Positions 20,245-30,707 of a stretch of 64,000 nucleotides of DNA are shown piece after piece. The stretch lies in NCBI GenBank assembly GCA_017517275.1, contig JAFWZX010000034.1, positions 1,145 to 65,144 of the forward strand, read 5' to 3'. The notes under the pieces were generated by a model. That model was not told the origin of the DNA. It did no database searches and worked only from the letters and a program-made list of their open reading frames with translations. The position numbers were made by a program, and so were the translations under genes. Positions within the stretch are counted from its first letter, which is position 1. Each line of letters opens with the position of its first letter. Source of the DNA: Clostridia bacterium. GTDB lineage: Bacteria; Bacillota; Clostridia; UBA1212; UBA1255.

Positions 20245-21900
20245 TTATTTAAGCTGTGTATAGGCTATTTTTCCTACTTTTGTCATAGGAAGAGAATCCC
20301 GGAATTCTATTATCTTAGGCTGTGAAAAGCGCGCGATGTTTTCACCGAAATATGTGAAAAATTCCTTTTGTAAAGCATCAGGATCTGATTTATCAACTTC
20401 TTCTTTGAGCACTATAAAAGCCTTTAGCTTGCTCATCTCGTACGAATCCTCCACACCGATGACGCAAGACATTGATACCTTGGGATGGGAATTAATGACA
20501 GCCTCAATCTGAGACGGGTAAACAGAATATCCGCGACATTTAATCATTCTCTTTATTCTCGATTTAAAATAAATAAAGCCGTCCTCGTCCATATAACCCA
20601 AATCTCCTGTATGAAGCCACACGTTTCCGTCTTCGTGGATACGAAGAACCTTTGACGTTTCTTCAGGTTCGTTTAAATATCCGAGCATAACGGTGGGTCC
20701 TTTCAGAACTATCTCTCCGTCTGTCATCGGGGCAAGCGGCGTGTAAGGACCGTTTGTATTATCCGTAGATACAATCTTGTAGGTTATTCCGTTATATGGT
20801 AGCCCTACGCTACCTTTTCTATAATCGTCATTTGGGGTAAGTGCACTTGCTGTGACGCATTCTGTAAGGCCGTAGCCTTCACGTAGCAACACAGGACTGT
20901 TATTCTCCTTAAGGATCCTATCAAAAGCAATTTTAATTTCATACGGCAAGCTGTCACCTCCGGCAAAAGCGCCCTTCAGACATGAACAGTCGACGTTTTT
21001 CATACGATTATTTCTAAGAAGAGCTTCGTATAGCGTAGGAACTCCCACTATAACAGAAGGCTTTTTATTTTTGATAAGATTTGCGCAAATATCAGCATTG
21101 AACCGTGGAACTAATATAATAGTAGCACCTGCGAATATAGAAGAATGGATACAAACGCCCAAACCAAATCCGTGAAACATCGGAAGAACAGCCAACATTT
21201 TATCTCCGATGCCTAACGTGGGGCAACCGTGTTGAATGGTGAGCTTTGACAATGCGTTTATATTATAGTGAGAAAGTAAAATACCTTTCTGCTTTCCTGA
21301 TGTGCCGCCACTATATAAGATGACAGCCTCTTTACGAGGGTCGGAATTAGTCTTTATCTGTGACAAATCAGCTGGTACAGTGCCTTTCTTTATAAAAGCT
21401 TTCCATGACATAACCCCCGGCTTGCTAACGATTCTTTGTATTTTCCTGCCCTGTGTGATCCAAAATCCGGCTTTCTTGATGTGAGACAGATAATCGCCGG
21501 CACTGGAATATATAATATTTCTAAGACAAGGACAGTTTATTCCCTTTGTTTTATCAAAGAAACCATCTAAGACGAATAAACATTTTGAAGCAGCTACGTT
21601 TACGGTAAACTCAATCTCCGGACCTGCACTAAGCGGGTGAATCATATTTGCTACTGCGCCTACTGACAGCGTTGCATAGAAAGCGATAACTGCCTGAGGA
21701 ATATTTGGAAGGCAGATTGTCACTCTATCTCCCGGCTTAATTCCGATTGCCTGCAATCCACTTGCACATTTATTAACTTCTTTAAGAAGGCTTTTATATG
21801 AAATTCGTCTGTTCATATAATCTATTGCAATCGCGTCGGGATGGGCATTTGCAGTTTGTAAGAGAATGGCCTGTATCGTTTTATTATAGTCCGGTGACAT
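20245..21900 (-). CDS. Long-chain fatty-acid--CoA ligase (AMP-binding enzyme)
   Basis: YSGGTSGKQKG, EGYGLTE, WLHTGDLG, LPMTKVGKI; AGGAG RBS before ATG 21900. Confidence 0.92.
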   Translation of the reverse strand: MSPDYNKTIQAILLQTANAHPDAIAIDYMNRRISYKSLLKEVNKCASGLQAIGIKPGDRVTICLPNIPQAVIAFYATLSVGAVANMIHPLSAGPEIEFTVNVAASKCLFVLDGFFDKTKGINCPCLRNIIYSSAGDYLSHIKKAGFWITQGRKIQRIVSKPGVMSWKAFIKKGTVPADLSQIKTNSDPRKEAVILYSGGTSGKQKGILLSHYNINALSKLTIQHGCPTLGIGDKMLAVLPMFHGFGLGVCIHSSIFAGATIILVPRFNADICANLIKNKKPSVIVGVPTLYEALLRNNRMKNVDCSCLKGAFAGGDSLPYEIKIAFDRILKENNSPVLLREGYGLTECVTASALTPNDDYRKGSVGLPYNGITYKIVSTDNTNGPYTPLAPMTDGEIVLKGPTVMLGYLNEPEETSKVLRIHEDGNVWLHTGDLGYMDEDGFIYFKSRIKRMIKCRGYSVYPSQIEAVINSHPKVSMSCVIGVEDSYEMSKLKAFIVLKEEVDKSDPDALQKEFFTYFGENIARFSQPKIIEFRDSLPMTKVGKIAYTQLK

Positions 21901-22077
21901 AAATACTCCTTGAAAGATGTAGCATTGATTTAGAAGTAAGTATAGCAAAAAAAAGAATGTATAACAAGGAATCAAAAACGAACCGGCATGAAATAGTGAC
22001 AGGTGTAATCGCGTGGCTTGATATTTTAACCACAATATGTCATACTAAACCACATCGCAGTATAAAAGGGAGTCGCC

Positions 22078-23967
22078 ATGAACAAAGATTTTAATATTCA
22101 AGAAGAACTAAAATTACTGCCGGAAAAACCCGGAGTTTACCTTATGCATGGTGAAAAAGACGAGATTATCTACGTTGGGAAAGCTAAAATACTAAAAAAC
22201 CGTGTCAAATCATATTTCGTCAACACTCCGCACAGTGCACATATAACAGTAATGATCTCACAGATAACACGCTTTGAATACGTAGTATGCGATAGCGAAT
22301 ATGAAGCCTTATTATTAGAAAACAATCTGATAAAGAAACATAAACCCAAATATAACGTTTTACTTAAAGACGATAAAGGTTTTCCTTATATAAAAGTCAC
22401 AACGAATGACTCATACCCACAGATTATGATGGTTCGCAAAGTAAAAAAAGACGGAGCAACTTATTTCGGACCTTATCACAGTGTGCAGACAATCAATGCA
22501 ACCCTTGATGCGCTAAAGAGCATACTGCCATTGCGCCTTTGTAATAAGAAAATCAAAGAATCCGGTGGGGACAGAGTATGCCTTAATTATCATATAGGGC
22601 TGTGTCCAGGGCCGTGCGCCGGTAAAATAGCTAAAGAAGATTATATGAAGACAGTTTCACTTGTATTGGCATTTCTTGGAGGAAATACAAGTGGCCTTGA
22701 GAAACTTTTGCACACAAAAATGCTGGAATATGCCGATGAACTTAATTTTGAAATGGCTGCAGTGTATAGGAAACGTCTCCAAGCTCTTGAAGTTTTTAAG
22801 GAAAATCAGAAAATCACATCGGTAAATGACGCAGATTACGATATGATTGCAGTGGGGCAAAATGGAGTTGATGCAGTATTACAGATTTTCTTTATCCGCG
22901 CAGGTAACGTAAGCGGCAGGGAATATTTTACGTTTCCGGGGGGAGCGGATTTATATCCCGAAGAAATCGTCACATCGTTTATTAAACAGTTTTATAGTGA
23001 AAATCAGCTTATTCCACCTAAAATATACAGTAAAAGCGTACTGCCCGAAGAAGAACGCAAAGGTCTTGAAGAGATGTTGACAAAGCTTAGAGGCCGTAAA
23101 TGTGAGATTACGACGCCTGTGCGCGGAGAGAAGCTTAGACTTGCACAGATGGTAGAGGATAATGCAAAAATTCTGCTTCAAAACGCACAAATAGCCGGAT
23201 TGGAAGGTAGAAACGTTGCAAATCTTAAGAAGCTTGACAATTTAAGACAGGTTTTGGGTTTGCAGACGATGCCCGTTTATATCGAAGGCTACGATATATC
23301 GAATCTGGGGAAAAGCGAGATAGATGCATCCTTGGTTGTCTTTAAAAACGGTCAGCCAAGTAAAAAGGATTATAAAATATTTAAAATAAAGAATCTTGAT
23401 ATACAAAACGATTATGCTTCTATGGAAGAAGTTATAACAAGAAGATTCTCAAGATACAAAGAAGGCAGCTCAGGCTTTGAAGTTCTGCCTGATATACTTC
23501 TCATAGACGGCGGTATAGGACAGGTGCATGCAGTAAAAGAGGCCTTGAGAAAAATATCTGAAGACGGTAGATTTTCACTTGATAAGTTGCCGGTATTTGG
23601 CATGGAGAAAGATGATCGCCACAGAACAAAATCCTTAATAATTCCAGATTGTAATACGCCTTTGGGATATACAGAATATGAACTTAAGAAAAATCCCGAG
23701 TTGTGGAGTTTAGTCGGAGCGGTGCAAAATGAAGCACATCGCTTTGCTGTGGAATATAACAGAAAACTTACTCGCAAGCGATATCGCAAATCGCCGCTTG
23801 ATGATATTGAGGGAGTGGGAGAGAAACGTAAATTAGCGATTTACAAGCATTTCGGATCACTTGCCACTATAAGCCGTGCTACTGCCCAGGAGTTGGAACA
23901 AGTACCCGGTATCAGCAAAGCTCTTGCAATAAGAATATCAGAACAGCTAAAAGGGGGAAACAAATAA
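22078..23967 (+). CDS. uvrC: Excinuclease ABC subunit C
   Basis: GIY-YIG (PGVYLM...YVGKAK.LKNRV), DISN, LIDGGIGQ, EAHRFA, HhH tail. Confidence 0.97.
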   Translation: MNKDFNIQEELKLLPEKPGVYLMHGEKDEIIYVGKAKILKNRVKSYFVNTPHSAHITVMISQITRFEYVVCDSEYEALLLENNLIKKHKPKYNVLLKDDKGFPYIKVTTNDSYPQIMMVRKVKKDGATYFGPYHSVQTINATLDALKSILPLRLCNKKIKESGGDRVCLNYHIGLCPGPCAGKIAKEDYMKTVSLVLAFLGGNTSGLEKLLHTKMLEYADELNFEMAAVYRKRLQALEVFKENQKITSVNDADYDMIAVGQNGVDAVLQIFFIRAGNVSGREYFTFPGGADLYPEEIVTSFIKQFYSENQLIPPKIYSKSVLPEEERKGLEEMLTKLRGRKCEITTPVRGEKLRLAQMVEDNAKILLQNAQIAGLEGRNVANLKKLDNLRQVLGLQTMPVYIEGYDISNLGKSEIDASLVVFKNGQPSKKDYKIFKIKNLDIQNDYASMEEVITRRFSRYKEGSSGFEVLPDILLIDGGIGQVHAVKEALRKISEDGRFSLDKLPVFGMEKDDRHRTKSLIIPDCNTPLGYTEYELKKNPELWSLVGAVQNEAHRFAVEYNRKLTRKRYRKSPLDDIEGVGEKRKLAIYKHFGSLATISRATAQELEQVPGISKALAIRISEQLKGGNK

Positions 23968-24698
23968 TGGCAATATTTGCGATTGCTGATTTGCACCTGT
24001 CTTTTGGCGTGGATAAGCCCATGGATATTTTTGGCGAAAAATGGAAAGACCATCACATAACGCTAACTAATAATTGGAAACAGCGTATTACGGGAGATGA
24101 CTGGGTAATAATTCCCGGTGATATTTCATGGGGATTACATCGTACGGAAATACTACCGGACCTTGACTTCATAGACAAATTGCCCGGAAAAAAAATAATA
24201 ATAAAAGGCAATCATGATATTTGGTGGGGAACAGCTAAGAAAAACAGAGAATTATTAGAGGAAAACGGATTTGAAACAATTCGTTTCATGTATAATGAAG
24301 CTATAAAAATTGATGACGTTATTATTTGCGGTACAAGAGGCTGGCTTTGCCCCGGAGATAAGGATTTTAATAAAGAAGACATATCTGTATATAATAAGGA
24401 GGTTGCTCGCCTGTTAAACAGCATACACTGTGCGTATAGACTAAAAGAAAATAACGAAGAAATAATATGCTTTATGCATTATCCGCCGTTTGGCAATATT
24501 TCTTGTACGCAAACAGGGTCTTTGTCAGAGCATACGGAGTTTACAAAGATTATAGAAGAAAACGGAATAAAACGTTGTTTTTTTGGTCACGTTCATAGTC
24601 CTGATAAACAAAAAAGCTGTCATATAGACAGCTTGGTTACAGAATACAAATTGATTGCGGCGGATTTTATTGATTTTCTTCCTCTTCGGATTCAATAA
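23967..24698 (+). CDS. Calcineurin-like metallophosphoesterase
   Basis: IADLHL, PGDISW, KGNHD.WW, HYPP, GHVH. Confidence 0.9.
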   Translation: MAIFAIADLHLSFGVDKPMDIFGEKWKDHHITLTNNWKQRITGDDWVIIPGDISWGLHRTEILPDLDFIDKLPGKKIIIKGNHDIWWGTAKKNRELLEENGFETIRFMYNEAIKIDDVIICGTRGWLCPGDKDFNKEDISVYNKEVARLLNSIHCAYRLKENNEEIICFMHYPPFGNISCTQTGSLSEHTEFTKIIEENGIKRCFFGHVHSPDKQKSCHIDSLVTEYKLIAADFIDFLPLRIQ

Positions 24699-25629
24699 AC
24701 ATTTTTGGTGTCTGTTTTGATTTTGAGGGAAGTAGCAAATTTACCGCTTGCGGTACCACTTTGACGTGCAGAGGCAACCCTCCACCGTTCTCGCCGTCAT
24801 AATCTACGTGATATTCGTTAATGTCTTCTGCTGCCTCAATGTAAACCTCTTTTACTTTACGGAACACGGTATGCTTGTCCGTGTCTAACTTACCGCTAAG
24901 CACCTTGGTAGCTAATACTGACGCAGATGCAAGGTTAAGATTTTTAACGATATACATATCAAGATAACCGTCATCCAGTTTTGCCTGGCTTGCTATTTTA
25001 TGGAAGCCACCGACACTCTTGGAGTTTGTAATAATAAAGAAAAAGTTGTCAAAAATCTCCTTCTCACCGCCGTCAATAGTAAAAGCCAGCTTTGATGTGG
25101 GGAATTTTAGATTTGCAAGTTTTTTAATTCCCTCCCAATAATATGCAATGGTGCCGAAACTGGACTTAGCATCTCGCGGTACGCTGTGGGCAACGTCAGA
25201 GAGCATGCCACCTGCTGCTACGTTAAGGAAGAATGAACCGTTGAAGGTTGCAATATCAACAGTTTTATATGTAAAGTTTTTGACCATGTCATATAGGCAA
25301 TCTGCCGTGGGAGAAATTCCCAGTGAATAGGCAAAATCATTTACCGTGCCTGCCGGTAAAATTGCAAGCGGAATCTTGCTGTTGCTTTCATATAAGCCTA
25401 CTACAGCTTCGTTTATTGTACCGTCTCCGCCGACTGCTACAACGCAGTCATAGTTATTGTCTTTAGCTTGAGCAGCTTTGTTCTTGGCATCATCTTTGCC
25501 TCTTGTATAGAAAACGTCCGCTTGTATAAGGATTTTATCAGCCAGCAATCTATGCATCGCAGTGAGCGCTGCACGCTGAACCGAGTCACCCTTACCACTT
25601 ACCGGATTAATAATGAATAAAGCACGCAT
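24667..25629 (-). CDS. Diacylglycerol/lipid kinase (YegS/DgkB family)
   Basis: INPVSG, GGDGTINE, PAGTVNDFA, DGE. Confidence 0.92.
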   Translation of the reverse strand: MRALFIINPVSGKGDSVQRAALTAMHRLLADKILIQADVFYTRGKDDAKNKAAQAKDNNYDCVVAVGGDGTINEAVVGLYESNSKIPLAILPAGTVNDFAYSLGISPTADCLYDMVKNFTYKTVDIATFNGSFFLNVAAGGMLSDVAHSVPRDAKSSFGTIAYYWEGIKKLANLKFPTSKLAFTIDGGEKEIFDNFFFIITNSKSVGGFHKIASQAKLDDGYLDMYIVKNLNLASASVLATKVLSGKLDTDKHTVFRKVKEVYIEAAEDINEYHVDYDGENGGGLPLHVKVVPQAVNLLLPSKSKQTPKMFIESEEEENQ

Positions 25630-25653
25630 TATATTATCTCCCTAATATACTTT

Positions 25654-27372
25654 TTAATAAATACTAACACTAACCTCCGGTTCAGTCAACTTGTAGGCAA
25701 CAAGATGTCTTTCAGTGTCCTTTTTACCGTCGGAATAAAAGCAATAAACGTAATTATCAGAAATATAAAAATCAGTTATTGTTGTTTTCAAAGTCTTTTT
25801 AACGACTTGAATTCCTTTTCCGCCTTCAAAAGGCACCTTGTAGATACCGTCTTCTGCTGCATAGTACGTTACGGTATCTATTACCTGAAATGCACCGGAT
25901 GAAAGTATAACTGCGTCTCCTTCGGCACCAAGCGGAGCGTCGTCGGTGTCGTACGTTGAATATGTACGGCCGACAGTGAAAATTCTGAGGGTTTTTAAGT
26001 TTATTTTATATAGATTGATTTGGTTTTTAATGGGAAAATCAAAATATACGTATCCGCTCTCGTACTGAATCGAATAGGCTTCGTCTGAGAACAGTCCTTT
26101 ATTCAAAGGAGTTCCTTCGAAATCAAATATTTGGTGAATGCCCTTGCCGGCTCCGCTACAGAAGAAGACGGTGCCGTCTTCGCTAACGTCCAGATCGACA
26201 CAGAACAAAGACGCGTCTGCTGATGTGTCAAGAAGAAGCTCAGGCTCGGTATTTTGCAAGTCGCCGTTAAGATCAATTCGATAGATACCGCCTTCGCTGC
26301 CAAAATACAAATAATGGTCGTGTATATCAAGTGAAACGCCGGGTAAATATGAGATTTTTTCCGTATTTCCTGTGCTCGGATCGACTTTGTACATGTTTCC
26401 GTCTTTTTGACTTCTATAATAAAGGGAAGTACCGTCTGTCTCTATTTCCTTTGGATGCGCATCCTTTACAATTACAACTCCTGACGTATCTTTAGACGGG
26501 CAAAAAGCACATAAATCCTTGCCGTTTTTTCCGGTGTAATATAATGTGTCATTTAGTTCCACCATGGCTGTTGTGTTATCGTATTGGATATTGTTTGAAT
26601 CAAAATCATCATCTTTGTTTCTGTCTTTAAAGAAATAATGAAGAACAACGGTTGTCAAAGATAGGGTAAAAAGGATTATGCCGCAAATCAACAGGATTCG
26701 ACCGCCGTTTTTCGAATTTTTCTTCGTTTCTTCCTCCGTAAGCTCTTCTGCTTTTAAATCCGGTGCATTGACAAGCTCGTCAGAGATATTTTCTACTACA
26801 CTGTTTGTAGGAGCAGACACGTATGACCAGTACTCAGGGCAGGAGGCTTGAGCCTCTTCACGAAGAATATTTATTATTTCTTTTTTATTATACTGACTGT
26901 TTTTTAATCGGAGTTGCTTAATTGCTCTGTTGTATTCGGCTCTGCAGGATGCCTGGTAATAATTGAGAAGTTTTGCAATATCACTTTTTCTTAAAGAAGT
27001 AAGCAGACGCATAAGAACGATCGACGCACGGTCGTTTTTTGCCGTATTGATAAGGTCGCTCATTATAACAGAGACGTTATCTATATATTGACGTTCTATT
27101 TGTCTTTGGAAAGATTTTTCTAAAAGAGCGTTCTGGCTGAGTCTGCCGGCAATATCAAGGATCCAGTATTCGCCATTTAATTCCGTATCAAATTTATAAG
27201 CATCTCGCTTAACCCTGCGAAACGTCTCCGCTGCAAGATCTCTTGCAAGATTCTTGTTTTTTGTAATACTGAGACATAACGTGTACACACTTACCTTCAT
27301 TTTCTGGTATAAGTTGTGAAAATCGTCCTCTGATTCCTTTGCTGTGCCGACAATTAAAAACTCAATGTTCAT
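25654..27372 (-). CDS. ECF sigma-like domain - TM helix - extracellular beta-propeller (DUF5050-like) fusion
   Basis: Sigma2-like (FHNLY...VY...ARDLAAETF...WILDIA) and sigma4-like (RASIVLMR...DIAKLL...RAIKQLR) segments; one TM helix; repeated LYY/LYF/VYF blades. Confidence 0.7.
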   Translation of the reverse strand: MNIEFLIVGTAKESEDDFHNLYQKMKVSVYTLCLSITKNKNLARDLAAETFRRVKRDAYKFDTELNGEYWILDIAGRLSQNALLEKSFQRQIERQYIDNVSVIMSDLINTAKNDRASIVLMRLLTSLRKSDIAKLLNYYQASCRAEYNRAIKQLRLKNSQYNKKEIINILREEAQASCPEYWSYVSAPTNSVVENISDELVNAPDLKAEELTEEETKKNSKNGGRILLICGIILFTLSLTTVVLHYFFKDRNKDDDFDSNNIQYDNTTAMVELNDTLYYTGKNGKDLCAFCPSKDTSGVVIVKDAHPKEIETDGTSLYYRSQKDGNMYKVDPSTGNTEKISYLPGVSLDIHDHYLYFGSEGGIYRIDLNGDLQNTEPELLLDTSADASLFCVDLDVSEDGTVFFCSGAGKGIHQIFDFEGTPLNKGLFSDEAYSIQYESGYVYFDFPIKNQINLYKINLKTLRIFTVGRTYSTYDTDDAPLGAEGDAVILSSGAFQVIDTVTYYAAEDGIYKVPFEGGKGIQVVKKTLKTTITDFYISDNYVYCFYSDGKKDTERHLVAYKLTEPEVSVSIY

Positions 27373-27606
27373 GTACAAAACCTTTCAAATTATAATTACT
27401 TGTGCAGTATACCATAAAATTATAGCATTTGTGAGAAAAAGTTTAGTACTCGCTGCTTGATTTTAAGGAGGTTGTTTAGTAGGAAGATAGCATAAAAAGG
27501 ACTAACGTTTTGACAACCGGTCCCAAAACAGAAAAAATCCTCTTTTTAAGGCGAGAAAATTCAATTGATCCTTTTCCGGGGTGTTTTAAACTGATAATTT
27601 CTTTCA

Positions 27607-27635
27607 TTGACACGAAAATAGCAGAGTGCTAAAAT
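27607..27635 (+). promoter_or_regulatory. sigmaA promoter of ferredoxin
   Basis: TTGACA-17-TAAAAT with extended TG. Confidence 0.75.
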
Positions 27636-27667
27636 GAATCAGCAAATTTACTCGGAGGTGCATTGAT

Positions 27668-27838
27668 ATGGCATACATTATTACTGATGATTGTATTAGC
27701 TGTGGCGCATGCGCAGGCGAATGTCCTGTTGAGGCTATCAGCGAAGGCGATGGCAAGTACGTTATTGATGCAGACGCTTGTATTGAGTGCGGCGCTTGTG
27801 CAGATACTTGTCCTGTTGACGCTCCAAAAGCTGAATAA
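27668..27838 (+). CDS. fdx: Clostridial-type 2[4Fe-4S] ferredoxin (56 aa; absent from ORF track)
   Basis: MAYIITDDCISCGACAGECPVEAISEGDGKYVIDADACIECGACADTCPVDAPKAE; GGAGG RBS. Confidence 0.97.
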   Translation: MAYIITDDCISCGACAGECPVEAISEGDGKYVIDADACIECGACADTCPVDAPKAE

Positions 27839-27929
27839 TCGATTCGCACAGACCCCGTGTGATGCAGTATGCACAAATACGGGGTCTAAGTGTATCTAAT
27901 TTATTTAAGTTTATCTGACGAGGTGTGTT

Positions 27930-28649
27930 TTGGATTCGGAAGATTATATGCTGCAAGGGGAAACGATTGATGATTTACAACTGTGTGGCCTGATGATTTT
28001 GCAAAAGGAAAAGGCCTTCCGCTTTGGTACGGATGCAGTTGTGCTTTCGAATTATGCCGCAAAATATATCGGTAAAGGGAAACGCGTTTTGGATATAGGT
28101 ACAGGCACCGGGATTATTCCCATTCTTTTATCGGCAAAGACTCACAATTGCACATTTGTTGGCGTGGAAATACAAAAAGATATTGCCGATATGGCAAAAA
28201 GAAGTGTTTTTCTGAATGAACAAAAAGGCACACTCAGAGCAGGCAGCATTTCTGTTGTTTGTGACAATATTTGTAAAATAGCCGGCGACAGGGATTTTCA
28301 CGGCACGTTTGATTGCGTTGTCACAAATCCACCTTATTACAAGCTGGGAACAGGATATTTAAATGAACGGGACTCTCTTGTCCTTGCCCGTCATGAGATA
28401 ACGTGTACTTTGGATGATATCATAAAGGCAGCTTGCGTTTGCCTCAGACCTTTAGGCCGTTTTATGATGATAAACAGGCCGGAGCGACTGGCAGATACAA
28501 TAGAATCTTTACGCAGATATGGTCTTGAACCAAAAGAAATACAATTTGTTTATGCTGATGCCACATTGCGCCCGGTGATGTTTCTCGTCGAGGCGGTAAA
28601 AGGCGGCGGAGCACAATTAATTATAGAAAAGGGTCTGGTGATTAACTGA
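27930..28649 (+). CDS. tRNA1(Val) adenine-37 N6-methyltransferase (YabB/TrmN6 family)
   Basis: FRFGTDAVVL, LDIGTGTG, NPPY, ARHE. Confidence 0.9.
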   Translation: MDSEDYMLQGETIDDLQLCGLMILQKEKAFRFGTDAVVLSNYAAKYIGKGKRVLDIGTGTGIIPILLSAKTHNCTFVGVEIQKDIADMAKRSVFLNEQKGTLRAGSISVVCDNICKIAGDRDFHGTFDCVVTNPPYYKLGTGYLNERDSLVLARHEITCTLDDIIKAACVCLRPLGRFMMINRPERLADTIESLRRYGLEPKEIQFVYADATLRPVMFLVEAVKGGGAQLIIEKGLVIN

Positions 28650-29503
28650 TGTTATACGTTGTACCAACACCTATTGGTAATTTGGGAGATATTACCATGC
28701 GCAGTCTGGAGGTGCTTTCATCCTGTGATGCCATTGCGGCAGAAGATACCAGACACACTTTAAAATTATTAACTCATTTTAATATAAAGAAGCCGGTTAT
28801 CAGTTACTTTGAGCATAATAAAATATCCAGAGGAAAAGAATTATTGGCAAGATTGTCTGCCGGAGAGAATATTGCGGTAGTGTCTGATGCCGGTATGCCC
28901 GGCATATCTGATCCGGGTGCGGATCTTATAAAGCTTGCCGTTGAGAATAATATAGAAGTCAGTGTATTACCCGGAGCGTGCGCAGGTATTACAGCGCTTG
29001 TGGCTTCTGCTCTTCCTACAGATAAGTTCGTCTTTGAAGGCTTCATCGGGACAGATAATAAGCGGATCAATCTTTTCACGGATATGATAAAAAAAGAATT
29101 ACGCACTGTAATCATTTACGAAGCACCTCACAGAATTGTTAAAACTCTAACACTCCTTTGCAGTCATATTCCTCAAAGGCGCATTGCAGTTTGCCGCGAA
29201 CTTACAAAGATTCACGAAGATATATTTCGCGGAACTGTAGCCGAGGCACTTGCTCATTTTGAAAATAACGTACCGAAGGGTGAGTTTGTAATTGTTATAA
29301 AAGGAGCAAGCGAGGAGGACGTAACAAATATCTGTGAAATGTCTGACGAAGATATATACAATAGAGTAAGAAAATTAAGGGCAGAAGGCGTAGGTCGCAA
29401 CGAAGCTCTTAAGCGTGTTGCAGAAGAGTGCGGTAAGACAAGAAATGATGTTTACGACATTTGTGAAAAAGTTAAAAGACCTATTGACAGCTTGCAAAGT
29501 TAG
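28649..29503 (+). CDS. rsmI: 16S rRNA C1402 2'-O-methyltransferase
   Basis: LYVVPTPIGNLGDIT, AEDTR, SDAGMPGISDPG, RELTKIHE. Confidence 0.96.
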   Translation: MLYVVPTPIGNLGDITMRSLEVLSSCDAIAAEDTRHTLKLLTHFNIKKPVISYFEHNKISRGKELLARLSAGENIAVVSDAGMPGISDPGADLIKLAVENNIEVSVLPGACAGITALVASALPTDKFVFEGFIGTDNKRINLFTDMIKKELRTVIIYEAPHRIVKTLTLLCSHIPQRRIAVCRELTKIHEDIFRGTVAEALAHFENNVPKGEFVIVIKGASEEDVTNICEMSDEDIYNRVRKLRAEGVGRNEALKRVAEECGKTRNDVYDICEKVKRPIDSLQS

Positions 29504-29594
29504 GGGTAATATTCTGCTACGGTATCATTAATTATTCGATGTTCAAGAAAGTATATGCGGCATATGCCGCCGGTTTTTTTGAGCATCTTTTTTT
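29484..29594 (+). promoter_or_regulatory. Putative promoter and structured leader/terminator upstream of tad operon
   Basis: TTGACA-17-TAATAT (29484-29512); stem 29538-29587 followed by T7 immediately before ATG. Confidence 0.5.
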
Positions 29595-30707
29595 ATGGAA
29601 AATAAGCATTTTGTTGAGATTGTTGACAAGTTTGTCAGCAACAGAATGAATTATGACGGACAGTATGCGGATAATGAACTGCGAAAGTTAATAGAAGACG
29701 TTACAGGTGAGCTTTTCGGGCGGATTCCGTCAGATGGAATAGACAGAGAGCTTATTGTATCAGAGGTATATAATAAGAAGAAGCGTCTTGGCCTGATTCA
29801 GCCGTTGTTAGACGATCCGGACGTTAATGAGATAATGATTAACGGGACAGACGGCATATACATCGAAAGGGCCGGAGATCTTTCAGAATATGATAAACGG
29901 TATAGTGATAGAGATGCCCTTTTTAACAATGTTCAGACTATGTTGTCTTGGGCAAACCGTACCGTCAACGAGAGCAACCCTATAGTTGATGCAAGACTGC
30001 AACGAGGATATCGTATAAACGTTGTTTTGCCTCCTGTTGCTATAAACGGTCCTATTGTTACTATCAGAAAATTCCGTGACGAGATTTTCACAATGGAGGA
30101 TCTTATATCAAACGGAACGTTATCGCATAAGCAATCCGCGTATATGATAGATTGCGTCCGCATGCGTAAGAATATTATCATTTCCGGAGCAACTTCTTCC
30201 GGTAAGACTACGTTTCTGAATGTTCTTGCCGGTTTTATTCAAAATACAAAGAGAATTATTACTGTTGAAGATACTGCAGAGCTTAAGCTTTGTCAGCCTA
30301 ACGTCGTGCGCCTTGAGACAAGGAACAGCAACACCGAAGGCAAAGGAGAGATACGCATGAGGCAGTTAATCAAGGCTGCTTTGCGGATGAGACCGGATCA
30401 CCTCATTATAGGAGAGGTCCGAGATGAGAGTAGTCTCGATATGTTGACGGCACTTTGTACCGGTCACGAAGGATCTATGTCTACAGTACATGCAAATTCG
30501 GCAAAAGATGCACTTCTTCGCTTGGAAACACTGGCTTTATGGGAAGGACATGTAAGCAGCCGGGCTATCCGACAGATGATTGTATCAGGAATTCATGTGA
30601 TAGTTCAGCTTACACGGGACGATAAAGCTCGTCGTAAAGTCAAAGAGATAGTAGAGGTGATTGGTTATGAAGATGATAAGATTGCGACTTCAAACGTTAT
30701 TGTCTGA
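29595..30707 (+). CDS. cpaF: Tad/Flp pilus assembly ATPase CpaF/TadA
   Basis: LLDDPDVNEIMING, PIVDARL, SGATSSGKTT, ALRMRPD, TGHEGSMSTVHAN. Confidence 0.93.
   Translation: MENKHFVEIVDKFVSNRMNYDGQYADNELRKLIEDVTGELFGRIPSDGIDRELIVSEVYNKKKRLGLIQPLLDDPDVNEIMINGTDGIYIERAGDLSEYDKRYSDRDALFNNVQTMLSWANRTVNESNPIVDARLQRGYRINVVLPPVAINGPIVTIRKFRDEIFTMEDLISNGTLSHKQSAYMIDCVRMRKNIIISGATSSGKTTFLNVLAGFIQNTKRIITVEDTAELKLCQPNVVRLETRNSNTEGKGEIRMRQLIKAALRMRPDHLIIGEVRDESSLDMLTALCTGHEGSMSTVHANSAKDALLRLETLALWEGHVSSRAIRQMIVSGIHVIVQLTRDDKARRKVKEIVEVIGYEDDKIATSNVIV

Noticed and set aside
21901-22077. LexA (Cheo) box upstream of uvrC
   Set aside because: Only a CGAAC half-site; no matching GTTC half
27624-27632. GAGTGCTAA, right half of a CIRCE element
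   Set aside because: No TTAGCACTC left arm at 9-nt spacing; explained by the extended -10
27604-27956. Four overlapping short ORFs
   Set aside because: Shadows of the 56-aa ferredoxin at 27668-27838
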